From the NCBI GenBank assembly GCA_045637205.1, contig JAZTYY010000005.1:12906-76905 (forward strand): a DNA stretch of 64,000 nt, given 5' to 3'. A program made the translations under genes and the position numbers. Below, one piece after another: positions 9,196 through 19,483 of the stretch. Position 1 is the first letter of the stretch. The number at the start of each line of letters is the position of its first letter. The notes below the pieces were generated by a model. The model had not been told where the DNA came from, did not search any database, and saw only the letters and a program-made list of their open reading frames with translations. The DNA is from Eubacteriales bacterium. Lineage in GTDB: Bacteria > Bacillota > Clostridia > Oscillospirales > CAG-272.

Positions 9196-10041
9196 TTAAT
9201 AGGTGATCTTTCTTGTGAATATAATTTCACTATTCGGAGAAAGGTTGATCACGCCTTTTCTCTCTTTAAATTCCTTTATTTCATCAACATATGACGGTAA
9301 GCATTGCCAAGGCTCAATGCAAAGCATTTTTGAACCATGTGGATGCCACAAAAGAAGATTTGAAAAGCCATCGAATGTAACTTCAACAACTTTTTTGCTT
9401 TTTTCTTTATGATAAAGTGCAACTCTTCTTGAGTTGATATTACCAAGAATAACGGTTGCTCCATTATCCGTAAATTCTTTCTCAAGTTCAAGAATTTGAC
9501 CTTCTCCATGACTGATATTTTGACCAGTTAATAAACCTTTTGAATCGTGTATCATAAAATCAAATTTTTCACTTTTTTCAAAAGCGACAAAATATTTTTC
9601 TACAGCATCATCAAGAGCAAAACTTTCGTGTCCACCACAAGCAAAAGGCATATCCTTGCAATCGTGATTTACTACTGTATAGGAAATTTGATAACCATTA
9701 TCCAAAATTTCATATTTTACTCTAAATGAAAATTCAAAGGGATAGATAGGTCTTGTTCTCTCATTTGCAGAAAACTCAAATTCTATATTGTTTTCAGATT
9801 GAGAAATAACATTGAACTCTTCATTTCTACAGAAACCATGTCTGTGATATCCGAAATCAACTCCGTCATACACAAGTCTATTAAAACCTGCGAATGGGAA
9901 AAGCAAAATTGCACATCCTGACCACTCACCTGTTTCGTTCTGCCAAGCGCGTTCACGTCCGTTATGTACTACGCTTCGCACCTCTGCACCGAGTGAATTG
10001 ATTTTAACTTCGGTTTTATCGTTTCTAATCGTGTAAATCAT
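9196..10041 (-). CDS. aldose 1-epimerase (mutarotase) family protein
   Basis: LLFPFAGF, HGFCRN and the overall pattern of the aldose-epimerase family. Start moved to ATG 10041 (MIYTIRND), directly after the upstream stop. Confidence 0.75.
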   Translation of the reverse strand: MIYTIRNDKTEVKINSLGAEVRSVVHNGRERAWQNETGEWSGCAILLFPFAGFNRLVYDGVDFGYHRHGFCRNEEFNVISQSENNIEFEFSANERTRPIYPFEFSFRVKYEILDNGYQISYTVVNHDCKDMPFACGGHESFALDDAVEKYFVAFEKSEKFDFMIHDSKGLLTGQNISHGEGQILELEKEFTDNGATVILGNINSRRVALYHKEKSKKVVEVTFDGFSNLLLWHPHGSKMLCIEPWQCLPSYVDEIKEFKERKGVINLSPNSEIIFTRKITY

Positions 10042-10042
10042 A

Positions 10043-11419
10043 TTATCTAATCTTCGGCAAGCTTGCAGCCGCAACGGATTGTCCAACACGTCTTGCCTTT
10101 TCGTCAGGGATATTAAGAGTCATCTTCTTATCAAGTTCAGGGAACTCAAGTGCTATTACCTCTCTCGCTTTGTTTAAGAGGATTTCTCCACCCTCACCAC
10201 TTGTTACTCGTCCCATAATGAGAACGTGCTTAATATCGTAAAATTCAGCGTAGTAAGCAAGTGAATAGCCGAAGTATGCACCGATTGTTTCATAGATTGC
10301 TTTTGCTCTCTCGTCGCCCTCTTTCATAAGGTTTTGAACCACCTTAAGCTTTTCTGCAGGAGAAAGGCTTTCGTCAAGCTCAATTCCTGCATAGGGGGCA
10401 AGTTTAATAACACCGTCCTGTGAGAAGTATTTAACTCCGCATCCGTAGTCGCCCGACCACTCGTCAACCATTGCGTCCTCGTTATAGTCAACGGGAGCGA
10501 ATGCGAGTTCGTTAAGCCAACCTGTGATGTTTCCGTCCATATCAACGTATCCCGCCGCTTCGCTTGTACCCATAGCGATACCGAGGATTCCGTTATCCTC
10601 AAGGCTCATAGCACCTGCAAGAGCGGTTACGTCACCGTCATTTGCAACTTCAATCGGGATATTTTCACCGATTTCTCTTGCAACGTCGATATACATATTC
10701 TTAACTGTCTTTTCAAAGTCTTCATCATTAACCTTTAAGAAAAGTGATGCGACCATTATTTTATTGTCAATATAAACACCTGCGCTCGATACACCGATAG
10801 CATCAACTCTCGGCATATGTGACGCCGCAGTTTTCATTGCATTGAGTATTCCCTCATAGTGATAGCTGGGATCGCTATTGAGTTTAGGAAACCAAACTAC
10901 TTCCTCGGAATATACGGTTTCACCGTTTACAACTGCAGACACCTTTCTGTCCGATCCGCCTGCGTCAAATCCGATACGGCATCCGTCAAGGTGTTTACCA
11001 ACGGGAGAAGCAGAGCTTTTTTCAACGGGAGCGTGTTCGAGGTCACAAACGATAACCTCAAACTTTTGCTCATATACTCTCTCCATAAAGCGAACGTCGA
11101 AATCTCTTGTTCCACCATAGCAAAAAGTATTTTTGATATATTCGCCAACAACTTCGCTTCCTGCAACTGTGATCTTATAGCCACCCGCTACCCACAAAAG
11201 AGTTTTTGCAATTCTATCGATAAACTTGCAGTTTTCTTCGTTGTGACCTGTGTTGTCTTTATATATTCTTGTTTTATAAACGTATGTATAGCCCTGATTT
11301 CTTTCTACTGCCACAATAATATCTTGTCCATCACTTGCAGTATTTTCTCTCATTTCTCTGCAAACGAGAGCCATGGGCATAAAGCCGCTATCAAGTTTTG
11401 CATTTACCTTAAGCTTCAT
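10043..11419 (-). CDS. ROK/ASKHA-type sugar kinase with ~140-aa N-terminal extension (putative HexNAc kinase)
   Basis: GFDAGGSDRK, ANDGDVTALAGA, GIAMGTSEAAGY; start overlaps the nagA stop. Confidence 0.7.
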   Translation of the reverse strand: MKLKVNAKLDSGFMPMALVCREMRENTASDGQDIIVAVERNQGYTYVYKTRIYKDNTGHNEENCKFIDRIAKTLLWVAGGYKITVAGSEVVGEYIKNTFCYGGTRDFDVRFMERVYEQKFEVIVCDLEHAPVEKSSASPVGKHLDGCRIGFDAGGSDRKVSAVVNGETVYSEEVVWFPKLNSDPSYHYEGILNAMKTAASHMPRVDAIGVSSAGVYIDNKIMVASLFLKVNDEDFEKTVKNMYIDVAREIGENIPIEVANDGDVTALAGAMSLEDNGILGIAMGTSEAAGYVDMDGNITGWLNELAFAPVDYNEDAMVDEWSGDYGCGVKYFSQDGVIKLAPYAGIELDESLSPAEKLKVVQNLMKEGDERAKAIYETIGAYFGYSLAYYAEFYDIKHVLIMGRVTSGEGGEILLNKAREVIALEFPELDKKMTLNIPDEKARRVGQSVAAASLPKIR

Positions 11420-12545
11420 ATCTTACAATGCCTCCGATGATAGTTTTCTTTACGTTAAATTCGTTATCAAGTATTACGATGTCCGCATCCTTGCCAACCT
11501 CAATAGAACCCTTTCTATCGGCAACACCGATAGTGGTTGCAGGGTTGAGAGTCGCGCAGTTTACACATTCGTAAAGCGGAATTGAGGAATTATTATACAC
11601 GTTCCAAACACCCTTATTGAGTTTAAGAACACTACCTGCGATTGTTCCGTCCTCAAGTTTGCAAAGGTTGTCCTTATAGATAATCTTTGCACCACCGAGT
11701 GTATATTCGCCCTCGGGGAGTCCTCCTGCAGGAAGGCAGTCGGTGATAAAGCAAAGCTTTCTTCCCTTCATCTTGTAAACCATTTCATAGAGTGCAGGGT
11801 CAACGTGATATGTATCAACGATAAGCTCACAGCTCACGTCTGAATTAAGTGCCGCGCCAACAACACCTGGAGCACGATGTGTCATAGGAGTCATCGCGTT
11901 AAAGAGATGTGTTACGTGCTTAACGCCATTCTTTGTGCTTTCCATAGCAGTTTTATAATCTGCAGAGGTATGGCCCATAGAAACTACTACGTCGGTTTCG
12001 TCAGCCATTCTCTTGATTTCAAGGAAGTCCTTGTCCTCCTCGGGAGCAAGTGTGATGATTTTAATAATATCAGCATTTGCCTTCACAAAATCCGCATTGG
12101 GTTTAAGTATGTATCTTTCGTCCTGTGCGCCCTTTTTAGATGCGGAGATGAAAGGCCCTTCCGCGTGAACGCCTAAGATGGTCGAGCCATAGTATTCGCC
12201 GCTATTCTTTACCTCACGGCAAGCGTCAAGTGCGCCCTCTATTACTGACATATCAACGGTCATAGTAGTAGGCAAAAAGCCCGTAACACCATTCTCTACA
12301 AGTCCGCCTGCGATAGTTTTAATGCTATCAACATTAGCATCGCAGACGTCCTTACCGAGATAGCCGTGAATGTGCAGGTCGATGAATCCGGGGGTTACAT
12401 ATCCACCCTTGCAATCAATAATTTCAACACCTTCGGGGATTTCACTTTCGTCAACCATACCATCGATCTTATCACTCAAAAGAAGCGCTTTACCATCTTC
12501 TATTCTATTTTCAAATATAATTATCCCATTTTTTATTGCAATCAT
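11409..12545 (-). CDS. nagA: N-acetylglucosamine-6-phosphate deacetylase
   Basis: GFIDLHIHG, HAEGPFIS, MGHTSADY, HLFNAM. ATG 12545 preferred over the track's TTG 12551 (RBS GAGGG 7 nt upstream). Confidence 0.9.
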   Translation of the reverse strand: MIAIKNGIIIFENRIEDGKALLLSDKIDGMVDESEIPEGVEIIDCKGGYVTPGFIDLHIHGYLGKDVCDANVDSIKTIAGGLVENGVTGFLPTTMTVDMSVIEGALDACREVKNSGEYYGSTILGVHAEGPFISASKKGAQDERYILKPNADFVKANADIIKIITLAPEEDKDFLEIKRMADETDVVVSMGHTSADYKTAMESTKNGVKHVTHLFNAMTPMTHRAPGVVGAALNSDVSCELIVDTYHVDPALYEMVYKMKGRKLCFITDCLPAGGLPEGEYTLGGAKIIYKDNLCKLEDGTIAGSVLKLNKGVWNVYNNSSIPLYECVNCATLNPATTIGVADRKGSIEVGKDADIVILDNEFNVKKTIIGGIVRYEA

Positions 12546-12569
12546 AAACAAACCCTCTGTGTAATTCTA

Positions 12570-13292
12570 TTACAATAACTTTGCCGCCTTTTCATCAATA
12601 ATCACAGTGCAATTAGGATGATTTTGAAGAACACTTGCAGGACAAGCTTCAGTTACTTCACCTTTTATCATTTTATATACGGCCTCTGCTTTACCTTCTC
12701 CATTTGCAAGTACAAGGATGTGCTTTGCATTCATAATTTCGGAAATTCCCATTGTAATTGCCATTCTTGGAACCTCAGAAATATCATCAAAAAGTCTTGA
12801 GTTATCTTGAATAGTGCTTTCAGTAAGCTCCACAACGTGAGTTACGCTCTTAAATCGTGTTCCCGGCTCGTTAAAGCCGATGTGACCGTTACTGCCAATG
12901 CCAAGTATTTGAATATCTTGTTTGAGATTTTCAAGCTTGTCCATATATCGCACACACTCGGCATAAAGACCGTTCGGTTTGCCATTTGGAATGTTTACAT
13001 TATTTTTGTCAACATCAATATGATTAAAAAGGTTATGGTTCATAAAGTAATTATAACTTTGCTCATGCTCGCCATCCAGTCCAACATATTCATCAAGGTT
13101 GACAGTAGTTATACCCTTAAATGAAACCTCACCATTTTCATATTTCTTTATTAATTTTTTATACAAGCCAATTGGTGTACTACCTGTAGCAAAACCTATT
13201 ATGGAATCAGGTTTAATTTTAACCTGCTCTGCTACTATTTCAGCGGCCGTTTGGCTCATTTCTTCGTAATCTTTAACTATAATTAATTTCAT
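12570..13292 (-). CDS. nagB: glucosamine-6-phosphate deaminase
   Basis: 240 aa; GFATGSTP, NLDEYVGL, GIGSNGHIGFNEPG. Confidence 0.92.
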   Translation of the reverse strand: MKLIIVKDYEEMSQTAAEIVAEQVKIKPDSIIGFATGSTPIGLYKKLIKKYENGEVSFKGITTVNLDEYVGLDGEHEQSYNYFMNHNLFNHIDVDKNNVNIPNGKPNGLYAECVRYMDKLENLKQDIQILGIGSNGHIGFNEPGTRFKSVTHVVELTESTIQDNSRLFDDISEVPRMAITMGISEIMNAKHILVLANGEGKAEAVYKMIKGEVTEACPASVLQNHPNCTVIIDEKAAKLL

Positions 13293-13395
13293 AACTTACC
13301 AACTTTTATTAAAACCATAATTCAACAGATAAAGTGCCTATAATTTCTAATATAATGAATTTTGTACATCTATGTTATGATATTAACCGAATTCA

Positions 13396-13427
13396 ATATA
13401 GGTCGGTTGAATTCAACCGACCTATAT
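13396..13427. repeat. perfect 32-bp palindrome, sequence-related to the hairpin at 7853-7884
   Basis: ATATAGGTCGGTTGAATTCAACCGACCTATAT; core GGTCGGTTG(A/T)ATTCAACCGACC shared with 7857-7878; sits between two operon blocks. Confidence 0.7.
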
Positions 13428-13434
13428 GTTTATT

Positions 13435-14511
13435 TTACATAAATTTTACAGGCAGATCGTTTTGTGCGTGTGCAATCTCAATAATACCGATGATTTTCTT
13501 TACCTTTTCGGGATCTATATACAATTCCCTACCCTCTGTGATAGCATGGTACACATCCTCATATAGCTTCTCCGTACCAACATCAAAAGCAGTGCCCGTA
13601 TAGGTTCCCTTTTCTTCGTGAACCACAAGTTTTTCACTACAATATATCGGTTTGCCGTTTTCATCCTGCAATGAAGCCTCAACGAGAGGTCTTTCTACGT
13701 TTTCACCGTCAACGATATACTTATACTCGTATGCAGTTGGTGTTGCTTTGTAACAACCCTTATCGCCCTGAATCTTAATATTATAACCCGAGTAGCACTC
13801 AGTATTGTTTATTTCAATATCCAATACCGGTTTATTGGGAGTATCAATAATTACCTTGCAGTAATCATCAGCATCACCGCTGGACATGGCAGTATTACCA
13901 AGTTTGCTGTAAACCACCTTAGCGTTCTCATCAAAATCAAGGAATCCAAGAGCTATTCCAAAGGGGTGAGGGCCCGTATTATATGCATTTCCGCCCATCT
14001 TCTTCTGCATTGTCTGCCAGTCCCATCTGCGGGCAAAGGCATTGAATCGAATGCTTATCTGTCTAACAGTACCAAATTTGCCTTCAGCAATCAATCTAAG
14101 AGCATCCTGGTAGTAAGGTGCAAAGAAAGTCTGCTGGAATACTGCGAGAAGAACGTTATTTTTCTTAGCAGTATTGATAAGGTCGCTGCACTCAACCTGA
14201 TTTCTTGCAAATGGCTTTTCAACTAAGACATTAAATCCATGCTCCAACAAATCTTTAGTGATTGCATAATGCATATCGGAATATGTAGCATTAACAACAA
14301 GATCTATATCATTATGACCGAAAAGCTCCTGATATGTTTCAAAAACCTCACAACCGGGATATCTTTCCAGAGATACGTTTCTTCTTCTTTCGTCCATATC
14401 CACTACGTAGGCAACATCATACCACTTATTTCTGTCTGATAAAAAGAAGGTACCGTGAATATCCTTTCCACTTCTTCCCTGACCAATAATAGCAACTCTT
14501 AATTTTTTCAT
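13435..14511 (-). CDS. Gfo/Idh/MocA-family NAD(P)-dependent oxidoreductase
   Basis: N-terminal Rossmann MKKLRVAIIGQGRSG, EKP motif NVLVEKPFA, 358 aa, no signal peptide. Confidence 0.85.
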   Translation of the reverse strand: MKKLRVAIIGQGRSGKDIHGTFFLSDRNKWYDVAYVVDMDERRRNVSLERYPGCEVFETYQELFGHNDIDLVVNATYSDMHYAITKDLLEHGFNVLVEKPFARNQVECSDLINTAKKNNVLLAVFQQTFFAPYYQDALRLIAEGKFGTVRQISIRFNAFARRWDWQTMQKKMGGNAYNTGPHPFGIALGFLDFDENAKVVYSKLGNTAMSSGDADDYCKVIIDTPNKPVLDIEINNTECYSGYNIKIQGDKGCYKATPTAYEYKYIVDGENVERPLVEASLQDENGKPIYCSEKLVVHEEKGTYTGTAFDVGTEKLYEDVYHAITEGRELYIDPEKVKKIIGIIEIAHAQNDLPVKFM

Positions 14512-14531
14512 CTCATTTATCCTTTCTGTTC

Positions 14532-15407
14532 TTAAATGTCTATCGCATGTATAGTTTCTTCTTGTCCAGATTCCATAGAACGCTTAATAGCATTCATAAC
14601 GAATACGGGCATAATAAATTCTTTATAGTCAATTTTTTGCTCAGCACCGCTAAGAAGCTCATAAAATGCATCAAACTCCTTAACAAAGCAATCGTTACCT
14701 ATCACAAAAGAATCTTGCTGTGCAGAATTCTCTGCCATTCTCATAACATAATAGAATTTATAATTGTCATTCACAAACAGACCCGTAACATCAAAATTAT
14801 CATATCTAAATGTAACCGTAATATCATTGTTGTTTTGATGCGCAATTACACTTCTAAGATCATATCCAAATGTAAACAATGTAATTTCAACCAAGTGTTG
14901 AGAATAGAAAAAGAATCCGCCGTGTGGATTATTCATATTTACGGGGCATCTTACATATCCACCGAGAGTTCTTCCGTCAACATTTTCTGCCACAAGACGC
15001 TTGGCTTCCCTTACCCACTCTGCGTGAATACAGGATGATCCGCCCGTGAGCTTAACACCATTTTCTTTGCAAAGTCTGATAAGCTCCATAGAATCTTCCT
15101 CGGAAATAGTAATTGGCTTGTCCATAAACACCGACACACCCTGCTTCAAGTATGGCAAAGCATACTTAAGATGTCTTGCACCATCGCGAGCGGTAACAAC
15201 AACACCGTCAACCTCTCCCGCTTTATCTCCAAAATCCTCTAACACAGGAACTCCGTGATTTTGATTGAGCTTTTCTGCCGCCTCTATTTCGTGGCTATAA
15301 GCCCCCACTGATTCAATATCGCTATATTTTTCGAGATTGTTCTTAATAATGTCCAAAAATATAGCAGAATGAGAATTTTCGCATCCCAAAAAAACTATTT
15401 TTTTCAT
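14532..15407 (-). CDS. divergent Gfo/Idh/MocA-like oxidoreductase
   Basis: MKKIVFLGCENSHS Rossmann start, VFMDKPITIS (EKP-like), 291 aa. Confidence 0.65.
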   Translation of the reverse strand: MKKIVFLGCENSHSAIFLDIIKNNLEKYSDIESVGAYSHEIEAAEKLNQNHGVPVLEDFGDKAGEVDGVVVTARDGARHLKYALPYLKQGVSVFMDKPITISEEDSMELIRLCKENGVKLTGGSSCIHAEWVREAKRLVAENVDGRTLGGYVRCPVNMNNPHGGFFFYSQHLVEITLFTFGYDLRSVIAHQNNNDITVTFRYDNFDVTGLFVNDNYKFYYVMRMAENSAQQDSFVIGNDCFVKEFDAFYELLSGAEQKIDYKEFIMPVFVMNAIKRSMESGQEETIHAIDI

Positions 15408-15435
15408 AAAACACCTCTTTAAGTATATTTATATA

Positions 15436-16317
15436 TTAATCATCTTCATTCCAAATTGTACCTCGACCGACAAGGTCGGAAAAATATTTGCTGTTAATAT
15501 GCTCATCCATAAGATTATACATAAACAAGCAGAATCCTATCATAATAAATCCACCGAGAATGGAATACATCAATCTGATAATAAGATTTGGATAAAAACC
15601 AAGCTCTGACATCATAACAAATGGCAAAACCAACGCAACCGCCAAAAGTAATATGATAAAATACTTTTTCATCATCAACGCAAGCGCTGTTTTGACATTT
15701 TGCATAAACGTATTGCTATAAATCGGAATACATACGCAAACAATCAAAACCATAGGTATTAAGATCAAACCATTTAGTGCCGCAGGTAAAAACAAAAGAA
15801 CTGAATAATTGCTATCTCCTACCACATATGACATATTTATTAAATATGTGCAAACAAAGTTAGCTGTGGAAAGCAAGAGTGCTGTCAAAGCACATTGCTT
15901 AAAGTTTTGTTTAATACCTATCAAGAAATCGTGCTTTAGCGAAACATTTTCGATCCAACAATACTGACGCACTATTCTCAAAAGGCCTGAAAATCCAATT
16001 GAAAAAATAATCAAAAGCGGAATCTTAATTAAAGCAAACAAATTCTTTATTGAAACAACACTATAAGCTATCGCATCAATATCTGCCTGCGCCATATTGC
16101 TATTTACGTTGGAGCTGATACTCGTAACATAAATATTCTCAAATAGATCGAGCGCGTGAAGAGGAAGCGAAAACACAAGAAGAATAAGTCCGATATAGAA
16201 CACTCTTGCGGTATGCAAATGCAAGATATCTCTAAACACCTGCTTCCTCGTGGTCGGCATCATATTTATACTATAATTCTCCGATGCCTTTTTCTGTTTA
16301 AAAAAATTAAATCTCAT
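15436..16317 (-). CDS. polytopic membrane protein of unknown function
   Basis: 293 aa with about 6-7 hydrophobic segments; no EAA loop recognised; immediately downstream of the short ABC ATPase. Confidence 0.7.
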   Translation of the reverse strand: MRFNFFKQKKASENYSINMMPTTRKQVFRDILHLHTARVFYIGLILLVFSLPLHALDLFENIYVTSISSNVNSNMAQADIDAIAYSVVSIKNLFALIKIPLLIIFSIGFSGLLRIVRQYCWIENVSLKHDFLIGIKQNFKQCALTALLLSTANFVCTYLINMSYVVGDSNYSVLLFLPAALNGLILIPMVLIVCVCIPIYSNTFMQNVKTALALMMKKYFIILLLAVALVLPFVMMSELGFYPNLIIRLMYSILGGFIMIGFCLFMYNLMDEHINSKYFSDLVGRGTIWNEDD

Positions 16318-16320
16318 AAA

Positions 16321-17004
16321 TCAAACAATTTCCTTATATTCATCGGGAGAGTATGAATTGACTATTTTTCCATCATCAATCTTGATTATTCTATCTGCAA
16401 TCAATATTGCATCGTCAATATCATGTGTAACATACACAAGAGTTGGATTGTATTCTTTATAATAATTCAATACCAACTTGCGCATTTTTCGTCTTGTTTC
16501 AATATCAAGATTTGAAAAAGGTTCATCAAGCAAAATGATACTCGGCTTTTTCACAAACGCCCTTGCCAAAGCAACAAGCTGTTGCTGACCGCCTGAAAGC
16601 TGAAACGGCTTTCTTGTGAGTAAATAGGTCAATCCAAATCTTTTTGCCACTTCTCTGACCATTCGATTGATTTCTTCATACTTGACCTTTGAATTAGTCA
16701 GAGGATATGCAATATTTTCAAATACGGTGAGATGCGGATACAAAACGTATTCCTGATTTACATACGCCATATCATTGCTGCGTTTATTAAACTCAGATAC
16801 ATCCCTGCCGTCGATCAATAGATCTCCCTCTGTATATTTAAGCATTCCTGCTATTGCTTTAAGAAGTGTTGTTTTTCCGCAACCCGATTCACCAATTACA
16901 ACCAGAGTTTGCCCTGTGGGAATAGATAAATCGATATTATCAAGCACCAATAGGTGTCCGCCTTTTACTTTGTAATAGCAAGAAAGATGCTTCAATTCAA
17001 TCAT
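16321..17004 (-). CDS. ABC-type ATP-binding protein, short form without regulatory domain
   Basis: Walker A GESGCGKTT, LSGGQQQ, ILLDEPFSNLD, H-loop VTHD; 227 aa. Confidence 0.88.
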   Translation of the reverse strand: MIELKHLSCYYKVKGGHLLVLDNIDLSIPTGQTLVVIGESGCGKTTLLKAIAGMLKYTEGDLLIDGRDVSEFNKRSNDMAYVNQEYVLYPHLTVFENIAYPLTNSKVKYEEINRMVREVAKRFGLTYLLTRKPFQLSGGQQQLVALARAFVKKPSIILLDEPFSNLDIETRRKMRKLVLNYYKEYNPTLVYVTHDIDDAILIADRIIKIDDGKIVNSYSPDEYKEIV

Positions 17005-17642
17005 TCAATATTAAATCCTTCCATTTTGCCGAATTCGGTCAACCATTCATTCGCGATAATATGTGCGCCAACCGCAGTTGGATGGATGCCGTCAGATATA
17101 TAATAATCCATCGGAGCGCCTTTTGTCAATACATCAAATTTGTCTTGCAATGAAATATATCGACAACCATGAGATAAAGCAACTCTTTGAGCAACGGAAG
17201 CATAATCCTTTATTTCGCTCATTTTTTCGTATGCATTCTCCGTTTCAGCTCCTAAAGTTACAAATGAACCCATGACTATTATTTCCACATCAGGGAGAAC
17301 CTTTTTAGTATCTTCTATAATCATATTATAGAATCTTTCATATCTATCAAGTTCCACCCCATTTCCATACTTAACCTCGTGGTAAACATCGTTAGCACCG
17401 ACAAGAATGGTAATAACGTCGGGAACCAAATTCCAGCAGTCTATTTTTATTCTTTGATAGATGTCAACTATTCTGTTGCCGCTGATTCCGCGGTTAAGAA
17501 TTTCATATTTTTGTGGAAATCTTGTTCCAAGATATCCCTCTATAGGAAATACATAACCGTTTCCATAGCTATAAACGGTATGATCCGCATTTCTATCGCG
17601 TCTCATATCGGTAATTGAATCTCCAATAAATAAAAGTCTCAT
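17001..17642 (-). CDS. SGNH/GDSL hydrolase (putative carbohydrate O-acetylesterase)
   Basis: FIGDSITD, VGANDV, DGIHPT blocks; 213 aa; no signal peptide. Confidence 0.85.
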   Translation of the reverse strand: MRLLFIGDSITDMRRDRNADHTVYSYGNGYVFPIEGYLGTRFPQKYEILNRGISGNRIVDIYQRIKIDCWNLVPDVITILVGANDVYHEVKYGNGVELDRYERFYNMIIEDTKKVLPDVEIIVMGSFVTLGAETENAYEKMSEIKDYASVAQRVALSHGCRYISLQDKFDVLTKGAPMDYYISDGIHPTAVGAHIIANEWLTEFGKMEGFNIE

Positions 17643-17651
17643 ATTTTCTCC

Positions 17652-19454
17652 TTAAAGGGTATTTACAGTAACGTAATTTGCCCAGTTGTAATATGTCAAG
17701 TGCTCGTCATCGGCATCCTGCCAATTGAACGGCAATATCTCCTGTTCCAACTCCATAATTGGAGTTCCGTTTTTCAAGTATTCATCAATTCGCTGCTTAC
17801 AGGTCTTAATTCTTTGAATAAGTCCGCCAATTCTAATATCTTGTATTTCAAAGCCCTGATGCTTATATTCGTCATTCCATTGAGCATACATAGCTTTATG
17901 GAATTCTTCAATACGAGAAATAAGCTCTGGACAATCAATCTCGGATATTCTGCGAAGCTTTTCCACATCGTTTGCCTTGTATGCAGCTCTTGCTTGCTTT
18001 CCAAGTAAAATTTTGATTTCAAGCACTCTGCAAAGCTGTTTTGCGGTATTAAATAAAAGCGGCAGATTTTCAACGTCAAGCGCTTCAAAATCTCTAACGT
18101 GCTTTTGCATACTCGGCAAGAAATCATCACAACAACGAGCATCCAAAAAACCACTAAAGAGATCATTATACAAATAATATTTGGTAGGACACTCTATTCT
18201 AAGTTTGGTTTTACCCAATTCATTGGGAGTGTCAAGCAACATATACGTATCCCAATCAATATCTGTAAGTGCCTTAAATTGCTCTTTAATTTCTAATAGG
18301 TCATATACGCCATAAAAATGAGAGGCAAAATAACAAAGCGAAGGCAAAATAGAGTATACCGAGCATTCTGAACCATTATCACCCCAACAAGTAGTAAAGA
18401 AATTCTTTATACAATGCTCTTTCATCATTGGATAAAGCGCATTAAATGTCTTAAAAGTATAATTATTATGCGGTACTATACCAATACACTTCCAAGCGGT
18501 ATTAACCATCCACACTTCCCTGTTGAATTTATTGTGTTCTTTGAGCATTCTGTCATATTGCTCGGAATCCATGCTTCTGTAATCCCAATATGCTAACGAT
18601 ACGTTTTCCGGCACCTTATCAATAACCTCTTGAGGGATAGGATTTTTTCCGTAGTATATACCGTCATTAACAATTCTAAAGAACATATCCGACCACATCA
18701 TCGGCTTAAATCCGTATTTTTCAGCAATTTGGCAAACTCTGTTCAAATGTTTAAGAATAATTGTAAATCTATCAACATATCCGTGCGCCTTGAGGTATCT
18801 ACCAAGTCCAACCATATCCGCTTCATCCATGCCGATATTTATAATATCAGTCTTGAAGCATTTACGCATAGAAGCAAACATGTCATCAATCCATTGATAC
18901 GTTTTTTCGTTATCACAAAGCAAAATATCGTTAACGTCAAACATATCTCCAAGCTCCCACCACTTCTTAGCTGCATTCATATGAGCTAAGGTCTGTATAC
19001 AAGGAACGAGCTGAATATCAAATTCCGATGCATACGCATCTAATTCTCTTAATTCATCATCAGTATATCTTCCGCGAAGATAACCAAAGTATGGGCGATT
19101 TTCAATTGTATACACATCTTCCATATACAATAAAACCATATTATAGCCCATAAGTGCACTAAGCCTAATAATATTTTTAATAGTGGAAATATTCAAAACA
19201 CCGTTTCGTGAGGAATCAAGCATAATCCCCATATTTTTAAGTTCACAATTTATATCAACATAAAAATCACCCTTGCCCTGATGCTTTTTAATTTCAAGCA
19301 AAGCGCGACCAAGTTGAACGTGGTTACTGTAAACGATAAGATACTTTTCCCCATTGCCCTGTACTGAACAATGATCAGAATCAAGTGTTTTTGTGAGATG
19401 TATATTATCAGCAGAGAGATTTATCTGCTCACACAATGTTTTCAATATATCCAT
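17652..19454 (-). CDS. GH20-like beta-N-acetylhexosaminidase (cytoplasmic)
   Basis: GIMLDSSRN ... MGYNMVLLYMED ... catalytic-pair-like NIGMDEA. ATG 19454 (MDILKT, RBS AAGGTG) preferred over the track's GTG 19463. Confidence 0.8.
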   Translation of the reverse strand: MDILKTLCEQINLSADNIHLTKTLDSDHCSVQGNGEKYLIVYSNHVQLGRALLEIKKHQGKGDFYVDINCELKNMGIMLDSSRNGVLNISTIKNIIRLSALMGYNMVLLYMEDVYTIENRPYFGYLRGRYTDDELRELDAYASEFDIQLVPCIQTLAHMNAAKKWWELGDMFDVNDILLCDNEKTYQWIDDMFASMRKCFKTDIINIGMDEADMVGLGRYLKAHGYVDRFTIILKHLNRVCQIAEKYGFKPMMWSDMFFRIVNDGIYYGKNPIPQEVIDKVPENVSLAYWDYRSMDSEQYDRMLKEHNKFNREVWMVNTAWKCIGIVPHNNYTFKTFNALYPMMKEHCIKNFFTTCWGDNGSECSVYSILPSLCYFASHFYGVYDLLEIKEQFKALTDIDWDTYMLLDTPNELGKTKLRIECPTKYYLYNDLFSGFLDARCCDDFLPSMQKHVRDFEALDVENLPLLFNTAKQLCRVLEIKILLGKQARAAYKANDVEKLRRISEIDCPELISRIEEFHKAMYAQWNDEYKHQGFEIQDIRIGGLIQRIKTCKQRIDEYLKNGTPIMELEQEILPFNWQDADDEHLTYYNWANYVTVNTL

Positions 19455-19483
19455 TATTATCACCTTTTTATTTTTTGAGGTTA

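Noticed and set aside
10859-11440. 193-aa plus-strand ORF. Similar long antisense ORFs occur at 14547-15038, 20177-20800, 31976-32518, 35127-35573, 40935-41513, 51583-52092 and 54668-55123.
   Set aside because: All lie fully inside well-supported genes on the opposite strand. They have odd composition (Cys/Phe/Ile/Asn-rich) and no RBS. They are shadow ORFs.
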